Shown here: piece after piece, positions 54,439-64,000 of the stretch
Layout: the number at the start of each line of letters is the position of its first letter
Numbering within the stretch: position 1 is the first letter of the stretch
Notes under the pieces: generated by a model
Database searches by the model: none
What the model was told of the DNA's origin: nothing
Seen by the model: the letters and a program-made list of their open reading frames with translations, nothing else
Translations under genes and position numbers: made by a program
Source: Trichinella spiralis
Taxonomy: Eukaryota
Direction of reading: 5' to 3'
DNA length: 64,000 nt
NCBI RefSeq assembly: GCF_000181795.1
Contig: NW_003526941.1
Coordinates: 7,925,954 to 7,989,953 of the forward strand

Positions 54439-54801
54439 CTAAGTGTCAGCATCGTCAAGACATTCCCGTGCTTTCTTAATAATGCCGAAAGTTTCTTCAA
54501 CATCATCACTTGAAATGTGTGCTCCAAAACGTTGTAGGAAAATCTCCATTTGCGAAACAATAGCACGCAAGCGTTCGGCAAAAATGACAACATAACGATC
54601 ATCTTTGGAATCATCATTTTTGCACAAATTCTGTTCAACATCCGAACAGCGCTTCCTCTTAGTAGAACTAACAAGATTCGAACTGCGATCTTTGGAAAAT
54701 GCTTTCAGATTTGAATTCACATTTGAATAACACTTATAATCATCCATACAACACAACAACAGCTTCAATTTCGCTGTGAAAAGCTCTTTGTAATCATCCA
54801 T
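54439..54801 (-). CDS. Hypothetical 120 aa protein
   Basis: Open frame with protein-like composition in AT-rich flanks, an AG acceptor just upstream of the ATG, a basic KRKR patch; no family recognised. Confidence 0.5.
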   Translation of the reverse strand: MDDYKELFTAKLKLLLCCMDDYKCYSNVNSNLKAFSKDRSSNLVSSTKRKRCSDVEQNLCKNDDSKDDRYVVIFAERLRAIVSQMEIFLQRFGAHISSDDVEETFGIIKKARECLDDADT

Positions 54802-57800
54802 TACTTCACAAAATCTGCACGGCAAACTTTACTAATTTTCTCGTAAATCTGATTGAATACACTCTACTCTACTGTGCCTCATTTTTATATACTGCACTAA
54901 ACTGCACGTTGTATAAATTGGTTTAAACAAAATGTCACTTTAATCTTTACTTTAAAAATATCTTATTCTCACATTAAAGTAAACAATTTAGGCAAAAACA
55001 TCGACAATACAACTATTTTTATAACTGCCGAAAGATGAATAAAACAAATCTCATATGCCATTTATAAATATAAATTCAGTTTTGTCATTCAGAAGCTTCT
55101 TGATAAGTAATTCTTAATATTTCTAATAATTAGTTAATAGCTCCTAATTGTGAATAGCTGCATTGTTGTAGCACATTGGACGAAATGGTGAAATTCATAT
55201 CTATGCAGCTGCTATCATTCGCCTTTACTGCATGATCGTAAACATATACATATTTTAACTTCAAAATTGCCTTTTACTTAACATTTCTTAAAAACCCATA
55301 CAGCTGTATGATTTTCTAAGAAGCTTTAAAAGAAAGTTTTTCATTTAATGCTAAAAGTCAGCTTTAAGCTAATCTCCAAATGACCATGTTGTAGAGTAAA
55401 AATATTGAAGAACATTTCTTCAAGATCCAATCCATTCATTGTTGTGTACCAACAAGCTGTTGTTTCACTGATAAAAGTAAAGAACTATCTGGGAATATCT
55501 GATAACAAGAAAAACTGTTTCACCATAAACACAAGGTGTAAAATAACAATTACTAGATCAGAGAAATATTCATCTACTGACACTGGCGTAACAACTGCTT
55601 AGTTTTAAATACATTATCAACGGTTAATCTTTCCCATTGTACTAAAATCGCCTTTAGCGTAACAGTTAAGCATGATACACCAACACAACCATTAACGCGT
55701 CATTTTGTGAACTTTTAAAAGACAGAAAAGTAGACAATATGAAAAGCAACATTTGTGATTTCGCTTTGTCGTGTTGCTTGATAAGTGATTATTTGTGCAT
55801 TCACAAACGGTGCTACTTAAAAACTGAACATAAAACAATTCTGTTGAATTGAAATAAATGGCTGCTTTGTACCTTCTTATCCTTCACTCATCAAGATCTA
55901 TGCACCAAGTTATAAGTTGTGAGAAAACGCAAAAACTCTTCGAATGCACTTTGCTCATATATGAATGGTATCGCGAGCAAAACATCAACAAATTATCATT
56001 TTATGCCCGTCAAAAAATTTAATTGCTGACTAGCTTCTGCCTTGTTGCTTGTTTACAAGTTGATGATGCACAGTTTTCAGAATATATGAATATATACTTG
56101 GAAACAGAATAACATTGCCTATATGACATTAGTGTTAAAAAATACCAACCAAATTAAATGCGCTTTTCGCGAATTAAAAACTGCTTCATCTTCCATATTA
56201 AGATAATCATATGAACACTGCTTCATTTACTAAATCGTTGGCGCAATAACAAATTTAACGAACGATAAACGTTATATAAAATCACAGACGCAAAAGTGGG
56301 TGTGAAATGATAAACTGATTAAAAAACGCGAGAAAAACTGCCACGATAAAATAAATCACTCATCAGATGAAATATGAGAGGAAAAATAATCGTAGATTCC
56401 ATTAAACTGTTTTTGAACAAAACGACCAACAATACTTCATTATCATTTTAGTACAGTATGCTACTGTAATTTGAATGTAAAAAAATTTACATTTTTGAAA
56501 TTATCATCATCATAAATATGTGCATGTGTACAATTACAGATTTTATAAAATAACTATATAAGCAAACATGTTGGAAAATTTTGTATAAAGGAAATAACAC
56601 CCGACTGCGGTATAAATATATTCAAAAACCGTCAAAATATTGAAAAAACAAAGCTTACCAGTATGAGATGAAAATTTCTGAATGTAGAACGCCATATTTA
56701 ACAACAAATTGATTGAACTTTGCTTCTGAAACGTCGACAGGAAAAAAAATGTTGTTGATGATGTGGTGCAAATAGACGTTGAAAAGCTGGAGATGATGAC
56801 AGTGTAAATTTTAAACAAATGAGGAGATAATGCAGCTTTTAAATTAACTGAGGAAGGGAAAAGCCGAACGAGCTCATTGTGCTACTGGGGATGCTGACAA
56901 CGAAGAGCAAAGATAGCTAAAAGAAAAAATATACATGTAATTCATGAAATTCTCAATACAACTGTTTATCAGTAAAGTGCCTATTTAAATAGTAACGCTG
57001 ACTACGGTTTATCAAATTATTAAAGAAACAATTTAATTGATTGAATGTTCATCTAAAATATCACGAAAGCAACTGTTTTTTCTATTGATGAAAACAGCCA
57101 ATGTGGAAAACATTGCATAATAATTTGAAGCAAAATCACAAAGCTCAATAGCTGTGCAATTAATTACTTTTCGTATCAAATGTTATAATTTATACAACTA
57201 AATAATATTTAAGAAAATGCAATTGAAATTCATTAACAGAAAATTAAATAAATTACTTACGAAAGTCATCAGAGCGCTTGAAACCAGTGGAACAGTTATC
57301 TGTTACAATCGTCTTAGGTACTTGTAATTCAAACTTTTCATACTTACTTTTCTACAATAAAAACTTTTAAATGGAACGTTTAAACATAAATTGTGAAAAA
57401 ATAAATATATTTCTTATTTAATTTTTTTAATTTAATGAATTTTTCAATTCAATTTTCACTTATAATTTTACTTGTTGCTCAACATGATTAAACAAATTTT
57501 TCAACTGCTCTAAGCAATGAAATCACAAGGAAGAGTGTTTTGAGACGATGTACAGTACAATAGATTAACTACAAACGAAACAACTTGAACAATAAATGTG
57601 ACAAATATAAAAACACTAATTACATTTTTCAAAAAGTAAAGATATGGTTTAGTTTGGTATTAATAAATGATATGAATATACTAACCTATTACATACGTAA
57701 ATAGTTGTCCTAGTTCACTAGAAGTGTAAAAACTTGCGCTGTTTTATTCTACCCAGTAATAATGCATAGCAGGGAATGTTTTCGAAATATTGAACGCTTT

Positions 57801-58362
57801 AATTTTTCTTCTAAATTTGACTTGATTTCATATGAAAAATAATTTTATTTTGATGATGTGAAATTTTCGTTGATTTCAAAAATAAATTTGATCTGTTTCT
57901 TCTTACAGTACGCTGATTTGATTCTAAACACTACAAAAAAAGTAATGTTACAATGTTTCAAATAACAACATTCAAATGTCAACTTTTTCACTGTTAAACA
58001 TGAAAAGCAGTTTTCAAAAAAAACTTCAAATATTAAGTGAAAAAATAAATAAATCAATAATATTTTCACGCATTTATCCGCAGGATTTAAGAAAAATTGA
58101 AAAAAAAATTACCGTATCAGCTTTGCTTGCACATGTACGATCAGTAGTCGGCATTGCTTAGTAAAGTAAATGCTATTTATAAAAATTTTAAATTTCTTTT
58201 AATGACTAATCTGAACGTTATTACAGAAAGAACAGCTGAAATTCAACAAAGATTGTTGTTTAACATAATACTTTTTTTTCTCTTTTAGAAACAACGTTAA
58301 AACTCTGGAAAACAATGTGGCATCTTTCATTGTTTTCCATATTACATACAGATTTTTGAATT

Positions 58363-60522
58363 TCAATAAAAATTATTTCTTGGCGGAAATCCACGAGGAG
58401 GAGTGACCGCAAACCGCGCATGCGATGCCAAGCCAGGCGCACCGAAGGGTCCACCACCACCAACTACACCCCTCGGCAATCTGGATTCCGCAATACCTTG
58501 ATAAGAGCTAGCAAAATTGATTGGAGGTGCGTTTCGAATCATTGGATTGGACGGCAAAAACCGCCGAGGTGGTGGAACTGCTCCGGAAGGTATGAGTGGC
58601 ATATTCGGTGGTGCTAAATTATAAAATTAAACGACATTAAATAATATTCGATTTTTTTCAATAAAAAATTTTAAAAAGATAACTAGTTCTCAAATCAATT
58701 TTGAAATATAATTTTTCACTAACAAGGAAGAGAAGTAAAGAAAATAAGTTAAAAGAGAACAGGTCGTGGAAAACAGGTCCAAATGCATGATTGTCGGTTT
58801 CCTACCTGAACCTGAAGAACTAAGCTTTTCATAAAATCTGGCCGAACACAATGCTCGAAATTTGTTGCTGGAAACATGCAGACAAACTAACTGAACTTAG
58901 AAGAGAATATTCCAAATTTACATGTACGTACCGAGACCGATTCACGCAAAACAAGAAGAATACGACTTAATGTTGCTTCTGAGGGGAAAATTTTCAAACC
59001 GTCCTCTATTATGAAATTGCTAAAACTTACCAGAATTGATAAGAGCCGCTTGATGTGGCAAATTGACCGGTGATTCAAGTATTCCTCGATTTGGCAGTTT
59101 TGAATCCCGACGCGATCCGCTAGTTGTCGTACAACAATATTTTGGAAATGTAGCGCGAATTTCTTCCTGTTAAAAAAAACAAACAACATATAACAACATA
59201 ATAAAATCTATAATTAATTATTTTACTAATGACAAATCTTCATCGGGATGGATAATTTTCGTACCAGACCCTGCCATCAGTTTAGCAGTTGATGCGACAA
59301 CAGTATCCGTCGAAAGTAAAGCTGTAGAAGCGCCAGAGGCGTATGCAGGAAATGTTGCAGTAGTGGTTGAATCAGGTACGGATGGCTAACAATAATTACA
59401 ACAAAATAAATTCAAATTTAAAATTGCAAAGTTACAAAATTACTCCCGACTGCATTCCACTAGAATATGATGGTATAGAAAATGAGGGGGGTTCAGGAAG
59501 CAATGCAGGGGCAGGCCGTTGCAGACCAGCAACAAATGGAATGTTAGAAACAACAGGAGCTAGAAAAAACAATTTCAAAAGCAGCAAAACAATTATTTGC
59601 AAAAATAGTTTACCAACAACAGAAACCGGCAACGCCATACCTACTGCCTGCATCCTAGGAGCAAGCGAATTCATACCCTGCACACTGGCTGCAACATTAG
59701 GTGGAAACATTTGCGTTAAAGCACTCTGCTGAGCAGAACTTGCGTCAGGCTCCAACGCAGCCTTTTTTTCCGCCGGTTCTTCACCTATAATATTAGGAAC
59801 AAATAAATTTAAAAATACAATCATATAAATACAAAAACAAACATCTTCCTAAGACGTGAGATTCATGAGCTTTGAGGTCAGCTTCTGGAACACCTTCCAT
59901 GCCATAAATTTCAATCTCAGTTGAGCTGCGATTTAGCAAAGAATTTGGTATTCGATCAATCGTCTCCTTGTGCACCTTTAAAGTAACGCGCTGAATAACT
60001 TTTAATGTAAAAAAACAAACAAAAATAAATTAAAAACCTGCAAACAATGAATTGCCAAACCCGGACCTGTGTACAACTTTTTATGGCATTTATGACACTT
60101 AAAGTGCTTCGCTTTTTGGTGCTGGATAAGAACTTTATCATCTTCAAATTCTCTATTGCAATACCTAAAATTGCGTAAATGTTAATAGCAAATGAAAAAA
60201 TTATGATGCATAAATCACTGAAATCAATTAAAAGAATGTTGAAATAGCTTACATTACTCAGCAAATAGAAATTCATTACATATCAATACACTGCATAACA
60301 ACAATTAGTTAACCAAGAAATTCAATTAATATGATCTGTATCACATATGAAACATTAACATAAGATATAATTAATAATTTAATAAATATTACTAATCAAT
60401 CTTCACGCATGTCAAACAATTTAAACATCATGCAGCAGTGTTCCTCAAATCTATCAACTTCAATTGATGTAAAAGTCTTACCAACACCATGGTTTAAGAA
60501 TCTTCTTCTTTTTACGTCCCAT
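58363..60522 (-). CDS. ZNF207: BUB3-interacting GLEBS-motif zinc finger protein ZNF207/BuGZ
   Basis: [37 protein letters not shown]...[24 protein letters not shown], Pro-rich middle, [20 protein letters not shown]. Confidence 0.95.
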
Positions 60523-61591
60523 ATCATATATGACAAATGTATTAATAGTAACCTAAACTAAAAATTGACGAATTAACGTAATAAAAAGTAACAAAATCAT
60601 TTATAATCAAAGTAAATAACAAGCATAAAAACGCGGAAAATGCACTGGAAACTTTGTAAAACAAAAAATTTTCACAGTTAACTAAACATTAAACATTATA
60701 CACTTATCCTGAAAACATTAAAAAGCCTACACAGCCATTGGAAAACCACAACTCTCAAAAAATCAATAAACCTTCAAACGCAAGACAAAATATGATAAAT
60801 GAACTTTACAACCTTGAAAGAAATGGAAATTTTCAGTAACAATTTCTATTAAATTAATTTACATCACATCACAACATTTAGTTTTAAAATATGTATAAAA
60901 ACTGAATACGGAAATATGAATACGACTTCCAGGAAGTATAAACGAAAAATAAATATTGACATAAGAATGAAACATTTTAGGAAGATTCAAGAAAAAGATG
61001 GCATGTAAATGTTGAAATGTTATGCTGGTAGAAACTGAACTTTAAATATAAAAAAGTACAATTCAAATGCAACGCATGTTTCCGCCAGAGGTTTATAAAA
61101 ATTTATTAGAAAAACAACACACCAGGCTATAACAATAACAAGCTGCTAAAGGTTCTTCCTGTAGTTTCTCATCATTGATTTTCAGGCTCAAATATATTGA
61201 CTACTGTAAGACAACGATAAAACATACGAGACATTATATCATGAGTACGTGAGTTCATATTAGAGGGCAATAATTTTTATGCGTTTCTAAATTTGCTAAA
61301 ATTTCATAATCAAAGCGCCAGTGTCCTGATTTCTCATCTTAATGCTCATATTTCAATAAAATTCCACTTGACCTTTATAAAATATTATAATGCAATAAAT
61401 ATACATATTTAAGAGCTTAATACAAATGCACAACATAATCATTTATTTCATTAACATTCAGCAAAAATGTAAACTTCAATGTTACATCTGTTACCTAATG
61501 TTAACCAATAAACCAGAAAGAACGCATTTAAATAAACTTTTACGATATCATATTTTGATTGTTTTCCATCATTTAAAATATTTCATTAAAT

Positions 61592-62797
61592 TCAATATCT
61601 TGAGCGACGATCTCGTTCACGGCCACGACTTCGAGAGCGGCGTCTTTCCGGAAAGCGATCAAATGATGAAAATCTGAAATCATAGTAACAAATATAACCA
61701 TTTCTGAATAATAATAATATATAACTAAAAAGCTGACCCTGCTCTTTTTCGGCGACCATAAAGACGACGGCGCAACTCGCGACTAATTGGTTTCAAATGC
61801 ATAAAATTGCAAAATCCTCCCTTGCCACAATCACTGCAAAAAATTAATAAGCAGATTACCAGTTTATAATTACTAAATCCCTTTAAACAATCAAAATGAA
61901 TTCAAAGTATAATTATATATTCACCCCATTTCGTACTGACGACAGCATGCTTCTCGAAAATCAGTTACTGGTGAAAGTTCCGCATAAATGGGCATTCCAC
62001 CAAACCAACGAGTGTTTAAATCTTTCACTGCTCTTTCAGCATCTTCTTCGCGTTTAAACTATTGTTCAAAATAAATCAATGAAACGTTCTCAAACAAACA
62101 AACAAACTACTTACTTTTATATAAACATTTCCAATCATGTGCTCTCCTATGTTATCACATACGTTCATCTCTTCTATTTCGCCATACTACAAAACAAAAT
62201 TTTAAAAATTGACTGAAAACGCTAAACAAATTATACTTACCTTATCTTCAACTTCATCAAAAATTTCTTCAAAAAATTCATCAAAATGCTGCTGTTCGTG
62301 AGAATCCGTCACTCCTACTAAATTTTTTCAAAATTGACATTACAAAAAAGAGACAACTAAATTGAAATTTTGAAAAAGCAGTAAATTTCGTGAAGAGCTA
62401 TTTCAATGAAGAGCAACCTTAAAAAATCACACGGTTAAGTTTTTTGCTCAGAAGCTGTAGCAATCTAAATTTCTAAATATTGTTCAACTTTTTCACCCAT
62501 AACCCACCACAGTTCACCTAAAGCTCCCTGAAAAATAAAATTCCTAAAAAACCTAAAAGAAAAGTTCATGGATGTCGAGACCTTTCCAAAAACAAACTGT
62601 TGATGGACGTCCAATTACATCGCGTCCAAATTGGCAGCAAACTTATATCCTACAAGCACTTGCAATTATGAACATATTGTGGAAAAAACGATAAATGCTG
62701 AAGTTTAAACAATTTAAAACTATTATTTCAATACATTTTCATAAAAAATATCATTCGAGACATATTAAACATTAAATGTAAAATACTCCATAAGTTA

Positions 62798-62829
<32 letters not shown>

Positions 62830-63203
62830 GGTCGCCCTCAAATTTTCAGTGAGAAATTATTCTGCCCTTACCGCAAGTTAATTTTATTATGGAACTTACA
62901 TAATGCAGCTTCTGCGCGATGAATGTCCATTTTCGGATTTTGATAAAGATTTTGCAAAAGGATAGTCTAAACATAATCACAAGTTGCAATTACAAAAAAT
63001 AAATGTATCAACTCTTACTTGACTAAATGTTGGCCTGTTATGAATACGCGAACACTTATCACCATGACGGCAAGCCCCTATTTTAAAGTAAAACGAACAG
63101 TTAACCCTAAAATAGAACGTTTCAATATATGCATAACTTTCTGGATATTATTATCTTACTTATCCTTTTCAGTTCCAAATATCGAAGCCAAATACTCTGC
63201 CAT
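61592..63203 (-). CDS. uaf-2: Splicing factor U2AF small subunit (U2AF35)
   Basis: [40 protein letters not shown] ([24 protein letters not shown]), [25 protein letters not shown] tail. Confidence 0.98.
62797..62829. repeat. (TA)n microsatellite in a U2AF35 intron
   Basis: Directly visible. Confidence 0.9.
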
Positions 63204-64000
63204 TATTGACAACGCAGCTTTACAAAATAAACGTACAGAATGACCCAATCATTTACCGTAAGCATTTGACGATGGTCAAGTTTATACTAACCTGAAATTA
63301 GAAAAAAACCTTTTATTTCGAAATAATGGAACTGCAGTATATTTGTATTATAAAAGAAAACTTAATTTTACAAATTTAAATATGTAAAGGCGAATTTTCT
63401 ATCAATATATACTGAAACTATTTAAATCATAAAGTGATGTTGTCAGACATTCGATGAAGCAGCAGGCAGCGGAAACGTTAAATTAATAATAAATGGAATA
63501 CAAAGCAATAAAATTGAAATTTTTCGATTTATATAATGTAAATATTTAAAATGCATTTCAATCTCAAAGTACAACGATCAGTCAATAGGTACAGTCGTTA
63601 AAAAAGGCATGTGATGATGTATTTATAGTTTTCACATTTATTCTTTAGTAATTTGCAATGTATTCGCTTGTAAATGAGTGCATAGATGAGAAAAGAGTTT
63701 AGTTAATGTATCCGTACAGTGTATTGAATGAATGGGGAAAAATTAATCAACCAAAATGATGTAAATTGTTCATGATATTGAACAAGCGAAAACTGCGCCG
63801 ACCCTGATGCTTTAAAGACCGCTAACGGCGGCATATTTTGTCTATTACGTTTAATTTGCATAATAAGAATGAGCACAATTATGTTCGAGTAGTGCATTGA
63901 ATGTTAGTTGAAAAGTTTTACTTTATCGTGAGCGCCGCACAAACGACACCGGTATGTCTTCAAGTTTAACTAAAACAAATCGATCTGTAAACGGTAAACA

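Noticed and set aside
62320..62899. Duplicate of U2AF35 exon 3 (vertebrate exon Ab type)
   Set aside because: No second homologous 67 nt exon seen in this intron.

Overview
AT-rich eukaryotic genomic DNA with many short (about 50-60 nt) GT-AG introns and nematode-type orthologues. A clade I nematode such as Trichinella is likely, but this is inferred only. Genes in order: proteasome beta5 (+), heparan sulfate NDST (-), class III alcohol dehydrogenase (+), small Crumbs-3-like protein (+), TMEM151 (-), a catalytically dead trypsin-fold protein (+), Sec61 gamma (-), a secreted Cys-rich WAP-like/TIL mosaic (+), a patched-related protein (+), UCKL1 (-), an intronless LRRN-like receptor (+), an orphan ORF (-), ZNF207/BuGZ (-) and U2AF35 (-). 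About 6 kb is present twice on either side of a 10-N gap, most probably a haplotype/assembly duplication. The strongest finding is a pair of tandem homologous, phase-incompatible (mutually exclusive) exons in NDST that encode alternative versions of the deacetylase metal-binding H-x-W-x-H segment, with an exon-intron RNA stem and a UG repeat as candidate switch elements. Also notable are a 3' splice-site array in a U2AF35 intron (candidate autoregulation), candidate stop-introducing exons in ZNF207, alternative last exons in the WAP/TIL gene, and a non-coding island at about 53.4-54.0 kb that folds by eye into a pseudoknotted RNA. All gene models were spliced by hand and no database search was run.
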